A DNA stretch of 64,000 nucleotides from Dehalococcoidia bacterium (lineage in GTDB: Bacteria; Chloroflexota; Dehalococcoidia; UBA2979): contig OZ244720.1 of assembly GCA_965219085.1 (NCBI GenBank), positions 544,001 through 608,000 on the forward strand, in the 5' to 3' direction. Below, piece after piece: positions 20,826 through 30,857 of the stretch; the first letter of the stretch is position 1; each line of letters opens with the position of its first letter. The notes beneath the pieces are model-generated. The model saw only the letters and a list, made by a program, of their open reading frames with translations. It did not search any database and was not told where the DNA came from. The position numbers were made by a program, and so were the translations under genes.

Positions 20826-22475
20826 TTACGGGGAGGGATCATCCGAGTCGTCAATGGCGGACGCGAGAGGCCCGAATCGCGATCTCACCCACTCCAAGGC
20901 ATCGTTGTCGTCACTTATGAGTCGCAAGACGGCTTGCTCGTAGTCTGATCTGGATTGGAATCTCAAGCGCGTTGCGATGACATTGAGGGCGCCTGTCTGT
21001 CGAATCGAGTAGCGCTCCACAAGCGTCTCGAGGTCTCCCTCCGCGATCGCCGCCTTCAACTCAGTGCGTTCTTGGTCATGAATGGCGGGAACATTGACCG
21101 GCGGGAGCGCCATGACTGTACGGAGGTCGATATCTGTCGGGATGCCCTCTCGGGCCTTCCGCCGCGCCCGCTCGGTCGTGCGCTTCTTGACGATGAGTTC
21201 AGCTTGCTGGCGGATCCTCTTGAGCGCTCCCATGCGTGCGCTCCCGAGATCCGCTGCAGCGTCGCCGCCGATCGACGCCACATGCCTCTCGGCTACTCTC
21301 CGCTGAATCTCCGGGTGGTAGTAGATCGACTCGACGGAGTACCAGCCTAGGGCGAACACGCCATCCGCGCGCAGGTCCGCAACCTCCTCGGCAGACCGGT
21401 TGTCGCGATCCACGATGCCAAACGCCTCAACCCAGGCGAGGTCCCGAGCGTTCCTGAGTCCTTTCACGGCGCGCAGGACCTGAGCCTGCCCCCCTTTGGG
21501 AATCACTGACACTCCGGGGAATAGGAGGGTATAGAGAGGTTGGTCGAGGCTAGCTGCGGACTTCCCTTCCACAAACAGAATCTTGCGGCGAGCTCCGAGG
21601 ACATCTCGCTGAAGCTGCTCGTCGAGCGAATGAGAGGGTTCCAGAAGGTCGGCATGCCAAGACGTAGGTCTACCATCGATGAAATGACACCCCCGCACTA
21701 GGAGTGCCTTCGATTCAGGGAAGTCTAACGGCAGGCCCACCTCGTGGGTCGAGATCACGAACGTGCAATCGTTACGCTCCGAAATTAGTGACTGCAGCAG
21801 TGGCGTGATAATCGATCGGTGCAGGTGGCGCTCGGGCTCGTCGACGAGGAACAACGTGCCTGCTGTGGCGGTCAGGACCTGTGAGGCTAGGAGAGCGGCG
21901 CTGCGCTCTCCATCCGACATCTCCGCCATGCTGTAGGGCGAGAGCCCGACGCGCCGGGCACGAATTTCCTCGCCGTCGGCAATCGATATGGAAACGGGCA
22001 GATTCGACAACTGCATCAGGCGGTTGATCTTCTCTAGAGGAGAATCTTCGTCTGCCAATTCATGTGCACGGTTGTCGTCGCGGGCTCGAGCCGCGTCCCT
22101 GATTTCCCGGAGCGTTGGTGTTTCCGAATTAATCAGGTTGTAGAGCGCCATACGTGGGCGCACGTCGTTGCGCTGGCCTTGCCATCGTGATTCTGGTTGC
22201 GCGTCCATAACCTGGACTTCTGACTCCTGCTGCCGCATCGTCTGCGGCGTTAGGTCGACTGTGCTTGACTGCAGCCAAGTCTGCCGGTGCGCCGAGATCC
22301 TGATTGCGCTTGTGCTGTAGGCGCTGGCCAAATGCTGAATAAAGGCTGACTTCCCGGTTCCATTTGCTCCCAGAACGAAGAGAATCTCTCCGGTGTGGAT
22401 CCGGATATCCAGGGGGTCGCGTTCGGGCCTCGGTAGGGTGGTGCCAAAGGCCACGGCATTGGTCCCTTCGCTCAT
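20826..22475 (-). CDS. ABC/AAA ATPase fused to a DUF4435-like TOPRIM domain (fused PARIS AriA-AriB-like defence protein)
   Basis: Walker A GANGTGKS, signature MSDGER, Walker B LVDEPERHLH, H-loop STHE; TOPRIM LFVEG...SLD, GIVDRD, SVESI. Confidence 0.78.
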   Translation of the reverse strand: MSEGTNAVAFGTTLPRPERDPLDIRIHTGEILFVLGANGTGKSAFIQHLASAYSTSAIRISAHRQTWLQSSTVDLTPQTMRQQESEVQVMDAQPESRWQGQRNDVRPRMALYNLINSETPTLREIRDAARARDDNRAHELADEDSPLEKINRLMQLSNLPVSISIADGEEIRARRVGLSPYSMAEMSDGERSAALLASQVLTATAGTLFLVDEPERHLHRSIITPLLQSLISERNDCTFVISTHEVGLPLDFPESKALLVRGCHFIDGRPTSWHADLLEPSHSLDEQLQRDVLGARRKILFVEGKSAASLDQPLYTLLFPGVSVIPKGGQAQVLRAVKGLRNARDLAWVEAFGIVDRDNRSAEEVADLRADGVFALGWYSVESIYYHPEIQRRVAERHVASIGGDAAADLGSARMGALKRIRQQAELIVKKRTTERARRKAREGIPTDIDLRTVMALPPVNVPAIHDQERTELKAAIAEGDLETLVERYSIRQTGALNVIATRLRFQSRSDYEQAVLRLISDDNDALEWVRSRFGPLASAIDDSDDPSP

Positions 22476-22798
22476 CCGTCGGCTGTCCTCGGTGTGCGTG
22501 CCGATACTCGCCGGTCACTCCGGCCGGCGCAGCCCGACAATCGTATGGGGAGGGGTTGGCTGGCCAAAGAAGACTGTACTGCGAACTTTCGAGTTGGTGG
22601 TGGGGCTGTAGGCTCGGTGGGTGAGGACTGGCCGTCCCCCTCGAGCGGGCGATCTGCAGCGTTCGGTTCGCCCACCACCTCACGACTTAGCTGCTCCGTC
22701 CCACCGTCTTGGCGCGTTCCGGGGCTGCCAGCCCAACATTGGCACGTAGCTGGGCCCGCGCGAAACGGGCGAACGAACCACCACCCTCCGCTGTCGTT

Positions 22799-25700
22799 CT
22801 AAGGGTGCGGGCCGCCACCTCGCGGGGCGAGGTCATCCCGCAGATTCGCAAGGGTGATCACGGGCACGGGGAGCTTCCGCAAGGCGGGCGTGAAGACCTC
22901 GCTGCTCACCACAACCAGCTGCTTCACTCGCCACTCGCCTGCTGCGCTGCCATCGATGTCGAGCCCGCGCAGCGCGTCCCGGAGGTGGGCGCGAAGCCAA
23001 GTGAACCGCTCGCCGTGCGTCTTCAGTGCCTTCCGCAGTTTCTTCTCTTCGTTGCTGAACTCCGCCGGCGTGCGCGCTGCAGAGAAATCCTTCGTTTCGA
23101 CCAACAGCAGCTCCTTCGACGAAGGGGCAGCGACGAGGACATCGATGTCTCCCAGCGGCTGCCCCGGCTCGCGCTCGATGTTACGGCCAGCGATCGACGC
23201 CACACGTCGCCGCACGATCAGTCCTTGAACAGCCTCATAGGCCTCGGCGACTCGGTCGTTGAACACCTCGCCAGAGTGGTTGGTGATTCTGCCTTGCAAT
23301 GAACGCATCTGATCGCTCTGCCCCTTGAGACGACCCTCGACCAACTGGTGGAAGAGGTACTCAGTGGCGCGAATCAACGCTCGCGTGCCCCACAGGAGTT
23401 CAGGTGCACCACCGCACATCTCCCTTCGCAGCAGCGGGCGCCCCAGGTACGACAACCGGCGATTGAACGCCCACGGGTAGAGATCCCGCCGGGCGAACCC
23501 GGGAGGTGGATCAAGAAAGGCGGCGCGGGGCTCAAGGGTGAGAAGGCTGAATGCCGCATCGAGCTCGATCTCTGACCACGGAAGCAGGGACGCCACCCGC
23601 TTGCGTACCTCCATCTCCGGGAGACACTTGGTCGGCCCCGGCTGCTCGGCTCCGACCGCGACGAGCGCTTCAAGGAACTCCGCGATCTGCGTGATGCTGA
23701 CCCCGAACTCCGCCTTCGTAGCTGCGTCGAAGTCTGAAGCTGAAATGGGCGGGTCGGGAGCAGGGTCGGTCTGGCCTTCGAACATCGAGGGGAAGGCCGC
23801 CGATGAACGCATGATCTGCTCCGCCCTCGCTCGCCCGGCAAAGCCTTCGACGGCCGCCTCATACTCGGTCGTGCTCCGTCCTAGCCGGCCGGACCCAAGA
23901 ACTGTCAGCCGTGTATCGGCGAGGCCGTAGTGGATCGTGTCACTGTCGAGTCCCCAGCCAACAATGAGGACAGCCAACGCGATGAGCTCATCGTACGCCT
24001 CGAGGCTGAACGGTCTGAGCCCAGTTGGGGGCCGAGCCGCTACATACTCGGTCACGAACCGATGCGCTACCGCAGTGGTCGAGAGGATGGTGCCGCCCCG
24101 CTGCAGCTCTTCCACTACTTCCTGGAGGTTTCCGAAGCAGGCGACCTGCGTGGGAGTCAGTCTTCGCTCCCGTTCCTGCCTCTGAACCAGGCGCTCTCCA
24201 TAGGCAACGAGTGCCTCTATCACCCCTTCTGGACTGAGGGTGGCGACCAAGTGCTCGAAGCGTCTGAAGTACTCCGCGACCATGAGCTTGAGCGTTGGTA
24301 CTCGCTGCCCCGGTGCGATCGGGCCGAGCGGTAGCTCCATGCGATCTAGGAGCTCCTGTTCGCCATCACGCCACTCATCGAGCACCGCGTGCTGAAGGGG
24401 CCGGTACGGCGGAAGGTCGCTCTCGTCTAGAACCGCACTCACTTCCCCGCCGATCAGGAAGAACTTCTTCTTGAGCCCGAGGGGCGCATACTGGTCCAAC
24501 GCCTGAGCGATCGAGTTCTCGGATGGTCGGTCGTCCGCTCCAACAGCATCCCGCCCACCGTCGTGCAACGCCTCTAGGAGAAGACGCACGATCTCGCGCT
24601 CGCCGGCGTTGTCGCCGCCACGAAGCAGCGCCGAGGTTCCCTCCTTGAACGTCAGCTTGAAGCCGTGATCGATGTGTTCGACCTCCAAGGGATCGGGGGA
24701 AGCAGGGTGCTCGGCGAACCATGTTTCTGATTCGACGACATCCACCTTTATCACCATTGGATCGAATCGCTCGGCCAGTCGCCCCAAGGTTTCGCGGAGG
24801 TGCGGTTCGAACTGCCAGGTCCAGTAGGCGATCATGTCGACGAGTCTCCGCACAAGTTCCTCAAGGCGAGGGTCATCGGGAGTCCGGGTGGCCTCGACCC
24901 AGAGAATCAGCGGGAGTCCTTCGACGACCAGGGAGAACGTGGCGACTGATCCCGGCCGCGACACGTAGATGGGTACATCCGGCTTGTCGAACCGGACGAC
25001 CTCCACAGTGCTGTGGCCGTTGGCCGCTGGCACCCCATGGATGTCGAGAGCGTCACGCGCCTCGATTCGCATATCGATCGCTGACCCCGGAGTGATGATG
25101 ACGCCCGTCGGCCGACGCTCGTCTGACATGTAGTACGTGAAGCCGCTCTTCCGCCAGACCGCGAATTCATCTATGGGGTCGAACACAAAGACCCTCGCGT
25201 AGTCACGGAGCCGGCGCTTGGCCTTCGCGTACTGCCACAATAGGAGGCCGTGACCCTGCTCGGTGTGTGCGATCACCTCAAGATCCGTGGGCGATAGTAG
25301 GAGTGTGTGGGCGAACCGGGTCTCGCTGAGTCCCAGGAGGACGCTCCGCCCCAGAGATTCGAACGCGACTAGTGCGAGCACACCATTTGGCGGGTTTGTG
25401 CTCGTAACCATCCCTTCTTCGAGCGCACGGATCTCCATTTCAAGCCGATCGCTCAGCGTTGCCTGGGACCAGTCGCCGTTGATAGTGGTCGGGTCGAAGT
25501 GCTCGAGCGGATCCGTCAGGAGGAGCAGCTCCAGCACCTTGTCGCTGTCAATGCTGTACAGCGCGCGGGTGGCCGGGAACGCGGGATCGTTCGACACTCG
25601 CGGACCATCGAGCCGAGAACACCCAAGCAGATTCAGCGCTCGATCGACACTCTGGAACGCCGTGCCGCGGAACCGCTCTGCGACAGCCGGCAGATCGCCG

Positions 25701-26509
25701 CACTCAGACGCTTTGGAGAGGATTGCATGTGTCAATGCTGCTGGCAGCGAGCCAGGCGCGATGAGCACGTAGGTCCCATCGATCCGGAGGATCGGCCTTC
25801 GGTAGACGGGGAGATCATCAAGGCTGACCGTGGACGCCATGGCGGTACCTGCGTCCATCGTCAACAAAGAGAGGGCCTCCACGTCCACGCCTAGGCGCGA
25901 GAATTGTGCCTGGAGTGTCGCCGATGAAAACGTCACCGCGTCTCGGAGCTGCACGCGCCGCTCCCCGTTCGGCTGGACGATCTCGTCGGTCGGGAGCGTT
26001 TCCGCCTGCTCATCGCGCTTCAGGCCGGCCTTTGCTGCACACTCGTTGCTAAGCGTGAGTGCAGCGAGCGCCAGGTCCTGAGCCGACCGGACGAATTCGT
26101 CGGAGAGCACTGCTGGTGCCATGCGATCGCCGAGGAAGATCGCGCGAAGCAACATCTGAAGTAGGGGGGCGGAACGCTCGCCCATCCCTGGGAATACTGT
26201 GTACGTACCACCGAAAAAGACGACGGCCTCGGTGAACGGGTTGCAGGCAGGGTCTTCAGCGGGTTTGACATGCTGACCGCTGAAGGGCTCCGCTCCGAGC
26301 CACCTTCGCCAGCGCCTAGTGCTGATCGTGGGCAGGTCGCGTGCGGCGGGAAGCGTCGACACAACGCTGGCTGCCAACTCGAGCCGGAGGACGTTCGCCC
26401 CATTCTCGGCCATCAGCTGGAGCGCACCGACCCGTTGGCTCAGGTCGAGGCGGTCGAATGGCCTCAGCGACTCCGCCGCAGCCGAGATCTGGACATCGAG
26501 TGAGTCCAA
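22799..26509 (-). CDS. Large hypothetical protein with C-terminal PD-(D/E)xK (NERD-like) nuclease domain
   Basis: 1236-aa ORF; C-terminal GEVFNDRV...GDIDVL...LLVETKD; ~1050-aa N-terminal region unrecognised. Confidence 0.7.
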   Translation of the reverse strand: MDSLDVQISAAAESLRPFDRLDLSQRVGALQLMAENGANVLRLELAASVVSTLPAARDLPTISTRRWRRWLGAEPFSGQHVKPAEDPACNPFTEAVVFFGGTYTVFPGMGERSAPLLQMLLRAIFLGDRMAPAVLSDEFVRSAQDLALAALTLSNECAAKAGLKRDEQAETLPTDEIVQPNGERRVQLRDAVTFSSATLQAQFSRLGVDVEALSLLTMDAGTAMASTVSLDDLPVYRRPILRIDGTYVLIAPGSLPAALTHAILSKASECGDLPAVAERFRGTAFQSVDRALNLLGCSRLDGPRVSNDPAFPATRALYSIDSDKVLELLLLTDPLEHFDPTTINGDWSQATLSDRLEMEIRALEEGMVTSTNPPNGVLALVAFESLGRSVLLGLSETRFAHTLLLSPTDLEVIAHTEQGHGLLLWQYAKAKRRLRDYARVFVFDPIDEFAVWRKSGFTYYMSDERRPTGVIITPGSAIDMRIEARDALDIHGVPAANGHSTVEVVRFDKPDVPIYVSRPGSVATFSLVVEGLPLILWVEATRTPDDPRLEELVRRLVDMIAYWTWQFEPHLRETLGRLAERFDPMVIKVDVVESETWFAEHPASPDPLEVEHIDHGFKLTFKEGTSALLRGGDNAGEREIVRLLLEALHDGGRDAVGADDRPSENSIAQALDQYAPLGLKKKFFLIGGEVSAVLDESDLPPYRPLQHAVLDEWRDGEQELLDRMELPLGPIAPGQRVPTLKLMVAEYFRRFEHLVATLSPEGVIEALVAYGERLVQRQERERRLTPTQVACFGNLQEVVEELQRGGTILSTTAVAHRFVTEYVAARPPTGLRPFSLEAYDELIALAVLIVGWGLDSDTIHYGLADTRLTVLGSGRLGRSTTEYEAAVEGFAGRARAEQIMRSSAAFPSMFEGQTDPAPDPPISASDFDAATKAEFGVSITQIAEFLEALVAVGAEQPGPTKCLPEMEVRKRVASLLPWSEIELDAAFSLLTLEPRAAFLDPPPGFARRDLYPWAFNRRLSYLGRPLLRREMCGGAPELLWGTRALIRATEYLFHQLVEGRLKGQSDQMRSLQGRITNHSGEVFNDRVAEAYEAVQGLIVRRRVASIAGRNIEREPGQPLGDIDVLVAAPSSKELLLVETKDFSAARTPAEFSNEEKKLRKALKTHGERFTWLRAHLRDALRGLDIDGSAAGEWRVKQLVVVSSEVFTPALRKLPVPVITLANLRDDLAPRGGGPHP

Positions 26510-26909
26510 GCATCCGTGTCCATCTCAGGGGAGCAGGATGATCATACCCGAGCCGAGACCCTCCTCCGTCAATGTGCTCTCGCGCACTTCGTGTAGGGTA
26601 TGAACACCGGGGCAGGCCAGCGCTCCATTGGGGCCCCACCGGCGTCCCGGGTTCGCTGACTTGGGCCCGCTGATCTCAGTGTGGGTAATCCGCAGCTCAA
26701 CAGAGTCTTGGACCGCCTAACCGAATTGGGAGCTACGTCGACCGAGGATGTACGCCGCTCCCTCGGAGGCGGATCGACTGAACCACCGCGCGCGTAGACG
26801 CCGCATCCCGAAGTCCAGCGCCACCCAGAATTGCCGGCTCAACCGACCGAGGTGTTCATACCGAGGCCTTCGAAGAAGCTCGCCTTGGGAACGCGCACGG
26901 TGCGATCGG

Positions 26910-28027
26910 TCAGACCTCGTCCCAGGTGACGGAGATGCCCAGCTGGTCGAACGCTTCGACGATCTGACTCTCGCCGGGGCGGTGCCGTTCCCGTCGGAGT
27001 CCATCACCTGCGTCCAGCGACCCGCCTGATGGGCGAGCTCGCCCCAGAGGGTCGAGACCGCTGCGCCGTCCTCCTTCATCACGGGGGTATCGCCACCCGC
27101 TTCCTGACCGTCGAAGACGAGCACGCGCGCGTTCTCGGGGACGCTCAGTCCGCCAAGCGCCTCCTGGACGGACGGCAAAGCCACCGCCTGCTTCGGGCTC
27201 TTCACGAGGTGGTAGAGCGTGAGCAGGGCGTGCGTCTTGCCGCCGCCAAAGGGGGTCTGCACCTCGGTCACCGCCGCGCCGTCCCTGCCGTTCAGGCGGT
27301 TCACGACGTCGCGCGTCATCTGAGTGAGGTTCTCGGTGAAGTAGGTGTGGGAGAGGAAGAGCGTCGGGTCGAGGTACTCCTCACGCGCGGCGTCGGCGAA
27401 CACGCCCCCGAGCGTGGCAGCGAACAGACCCTCGTCGACCTGCCCCGGATCGCGGAAGCCCTCGCGCGGCTCGCACACCTGCCACCAGTAGGGAAGAGTG
27501 CCCTCCTTGGTGAGCGGTGTTTGCGGCGTCGGTGCGGGCGGAGGTTCCGCGGTAGGCGCTTCCTCGATGTGGAGGACGCGCTTGCGGATCGCTTCGACCT
27601 CCTCCGCCTCGGGCAGCCCAGCCATCGCCAGCAGCCGTGCCATCGCGTTCAGGGCGTATTCGGCGTCGTCGGCGAGGATGTCACCGCTGCGGGGATGCGC
27701 CCAGTCGTTCCGCGCCTGCACCGCGGCGCTGAGGTACGAGTCCGCCGCCTGGAACTTCGGGAAGTCCCCCTCGAATACGCCCCGGTTCCGCGCCACGATC
27801 GTGCGGAAGTGGGTCGGTTCGAGTAGTTCCGCCTGATGGACCCCGGGATTCCGCTCCCTGTCTAGCTTGAGGCTGTCGGACTGGCGCCGCGGGAGCGCGC
27901 GCAGGACACCCTGCTCCCACCAGTTGTTGGGCATGGCTGCGGCGAGCCGTTCCCGGATCAGCCGGCGCATGGTGTCCGTGTAGAGCTTCAGTCCCTGGCC
28001 CAGCGCCTCGTGGTTAGTCGGCGCCAT
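26910..28027 (-). pseudogene. Swt1-HEPN-like + DUF499 ATPase, truncated by an apparent internal deletion
   Basis: ATG 28027; ARNDWAH (HEPN RxxxxH), WWQVCEPRE, LFAATL, TYFTENL, QTPFGGGKTH, TLWGELAHQ. Similarity stops at GTAP (~26975), before Walker B; a different frame then reads IVEAFDQLGISVTWDEV-stop (26910). Confidence 0.72.
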
Positions 28028-30857
28028 CGGCGTCCTCCATCGAGAAGGCGAACTGCGGAGTTGGTGGCGGTTCCACTCCTCGCACGGTGGCGCCCAGCAG
28101 TCCGAGGATAATGCGGCGGTCCTCGTCGCCGTCAGGTAGGCACTCGGCGACGGCCTGGCCCAGTGTGAGGAGCGCCGTCCAGCGCGACTCGCCGAGGGCT
28201 CCGCGGTACTCACCGAGCCTGTCGCTCTGGTTCTGGCCCCAGAGCCAGGCCGCGCGCTGGAGTTCGTCGATGAGCGGCGCTGGGCGAGCTGGCGTACCCA
28301 TCCCGAGGTCGTCGTCTTCGCGAGCGCGCTCCGCGATGGTGCGAAGCTTGACGACCTTCTTGCTCCTCTCTCGTGCCGCCACAGCGATGGAGTGCTCGCG
28401 CGTGAGGTCGTCGAATGGAGCGCCGGTGGCAAGACAGAGGGCGAGTGCCTCGCCCGAGTCGAGGGAAGCGCGCGAGTAGCTCCAGACCCATGTCACGTAC
28501 TGTCGAGTGATCGGGTCGACCATGCCCAGGTCCGCGCCGTGCAATACCTGCTCCAGTGCCACCGTTGTTGATTCGCGCCGGACGATGTCAAGGAAGTCCC
28601 GTACCGAGACCTCGATACCGTCGGGCCGGAGCACTCTACGGTGCCGTCCGAAGACCGAGAGGGCAGGACCGATCGCGCTGATGAAGAAGTCGGCACCGCG
28701 GATGCCTTGGCCCCAGAACGCGAGGAGGCGCTCCCGGATCACGGGCCGCATCTCCTCAATGACGTCGCCGAGGAACGCTTCGTCTGCCTTGTTCTCCCTC
28801 CTGCGGCAGGCCATCCATACGGAAGTCCTCAGCCGCGCTTGGCCCAGACCCGTCGTCTTCGTTTCCATCTCGGTGTCAATTGGCCAAGAAGCGTGTGGGA
28901 CGAGCCCTGCTCCCAGGAGGCCCTCGATGAGAGTGCTCCATGCGTCGGGGTTGGTATGCGCGAACACCACACCGGTCAGCCCACCGACCTCCAGCGAATC
29001 AGCCATCGCCCCAAACGCCTGAGCCATGCCCTCTACATAGTGGCGGACTGCTGGCTCTCTCTTCATCCTGTCTTGGCTAGGGCCGTCGGCATATACGTTC
29101 ATCACGGTCTGCTCGCGCTTTGGCGTCAGTGGAAGGGAAAGGAGCTCCGGATGAAGAAAGCCAATCGACCGTTTCAGCCACACGTAGAAGAAGTCAGACA
29201 GGTCTGCGTAGTTGATGGCGTCATAATATGGCGGGTCTGTCAGCACCAAGCTGACGTCACGATGTGCTGCGCTCTTGGCATCTGCCTGCGAAACAGATGC
29301 CGTCTTTTGGGAGACGTTGGCGACATCAATAGCGCTAGCGACACGATCGGCCATCGCCACGAAGCTCCCCCCAGCCGCGCCCGTGGCCACATGTTCCGCG
29401 TAGTCCCAAACCATCGGGAGTGCTTGACGTGACATGGCTCCTACGACAGATTCAGCATCAACCTTCCATCTGGCCAAGGCGCAAGCGAAGTCTGTATAGC
29501 GCGTGAGTGTGAGGCCCAAGTACGTCGTTATGGCTCTAGCGTATTCCTCGTCGAGCCCCCGAGCCTGCATGGCTGAGTGAGCTTCGGCAACAAGGCTCGC
29601 AAAATTCGTGAGCGCTACAAGCTGGCGCTCGTTGAAGAGCTTCCCCCATTCATCAAGGCCGTACTCTCTGACAAGCATATATTGGCGGTGGTACGCCACT
29701 GGTTCGTCGGGAATGGCAGGCAGGCCTTGGAGTGACTGCGATGTGAGCTCTGCGGCCCTGAGTTCAACTGAGGGGATAGTGCTCAGGTCAGTCTCCGTAA
29801 CACCGCGGTAGCGCTTGCCGCCCTTACCGTCCGGCGCGAGGACCACAGCAGTCATCCGTGCACCCATATCTCCGGCGCGCCCGATCTCGTGCACTTGTGC
29901 TGCCTTCACGACTTGGCCGCAGACGAGGCACTGTGTGTCCCCGCGGGACGTCGTTGCTTTCTCTGGATTGCCGGTCACATCGGGGCCCTCGACCACTTTG
30001 AAGTCCACGCGCCCGCCTTGGCGGTCGATCACGGGATCAAGAGCGACCTTCTTCCTGGACTTGCGGGCAAGCCAGTACTGGCGGATCAGGGGCATCTCGG
30101 CCCGGCAGCTCGGGCACGGGATAGTGCGGCTCCAGAGATATGCCACAGGGACGCTGCCGTCGGGGTCGGGCGGATAGAGGTCCGAGAGCTCCTCACGGGC
30201 GCGCTCCAACACCCAGTGACCCCAGTAGCGCACGTCGGCGGCTAGCGGGTTTTTTCGGTATTCCTCAGCCAGTTCGCCGCCCGCGAAACCGGACTGGGCA
30301 TCCTGAGCATCCACCTCACGAACGTAGTTGGGGACAGGCCGGCTGTCCGACTGGCCGTACTTCTGTGGGTACTCGAGTGTGCCCTTGAGGATGAGGACGG
30401 CTACGGGATTGAGATCGCTGGCCTCAACCTCACAGCCAAGGCGCAGCCCCTCGAGCGGGATCGCCCCTCCACCTGCGAAAGGGTCGAGCAGCTTGGGCGG
30501 CTCTCCACCGTTGCAGTCGAGGATGCGCCGGCGGGCCCGCTCCAGGAGTTGCGTTCCCGTCAGCCCGCTGCCGCCTTCCTCTTCTGAACGGACAACCCGG
30601 TCGGGGTGACGGACAGCGTCCCAACTCGCGAGGTCTGCCACCTCACGTAGGAGTGCCTCACGCTCGGGCTCAGTCTCGGGGTCGTCCACGAGCGACGCGT
30701 AGATGAAGGCGCGGCAGGCCGCGAGGGGACGGCGTGCCCACCAGATGTGGAGCGTGGAGATGTGGCCGTGGCGGACGTTCTTCTCGCGACGCGAGTGAGC
30801 GGAGACCTCCTCCAGCGGGAAGGCCACCTCGATCAGCCGCTTGCGCCGCTCGGTCAC
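28014..30857 (-). CDS. DUF1156-domain adenine-specific DNA methyltransferase
   Basis: KRLIEVAFPL, TLHIWWARRPLAACRA, DPFAGGG, DLNPVA, Zn-finger CPSC/CLVC, TDPPYYD. Confidence 0.92.
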   Translation of the reverse strand: MTERRKRLIEVAFPLEEVSAHSRREKNVRHGHISTLHIWWARRPLAACRAFIYASLVDDPETEPEREALLREVADLASWDAVRHPDRVVRSEEEGGSGLTGTQLLERARRRILDCNGGEPPKLLDPFAGGGAIPLEGLRLGCEVEASDLNPVAVLILKGTLEYPQKYGQSDSRPVPNYVREVDAQDAQSGFAGGELAEEYRKNPLAADVRYWGHWVLERAREELSDLYPPDPDGSVPVAYLWSRTIPCPSCRAEMPLIRQYWLARKSRKKVALDPVIDRQGGRVDFKVVEGPDVTGNPEKATTSRGDTQCLVCGQVVKAAQVHEIGRAGDMGARMTAVVLAPDGKGGKRYRGVTETDLSTIPSVELRAAELTSQSLQGLPAIPDEPVAYHRQYMLVREYGLDEWGKLFNERQLVALTNFASLVAEAHSAMQARGLDEEYARAITTYLGLTLTRYTDFACALARWKVDAESVVGAMSRQALPMVWDYAEHVATGAAGGSFVAMADRVASAIDVANVSQKTASVSQADAKSAAHRDVSLVLTDPPYYDAINYADLSDFFYVWLKRSIGFLHPELLSLPLTPKREQTVMNVYADGPSQDRMKREPAVRHYVEGMAQAFGAMADSLEVGGLTGVVFAHTNPDAWSTLIEGLLGAGLVPHASWPIDTEMETKTTGLGQARLRTSVWMACRRRENKADEAFLGDVIEEMRPVIRERLLAFWGQGIRGADFFISAIGPALSVFGRHRRVLRPDGIEVSVRDFLDIVRRESTTVALEQVLHGADLGMVDPITRQYVTWVWSYSRASLDSGEALALCLATGAPFDDLTREHSIAVAARERSKKVVKLRTIAERAREDDDLGMGTPARPAPLIDELQRAAWLWGQNQSDRLGEYRGALGESRWTALLTLGQAVAECLPDGDEDRRIILGLLGATVRGVEPPPTPQFAFSMEDADGAD

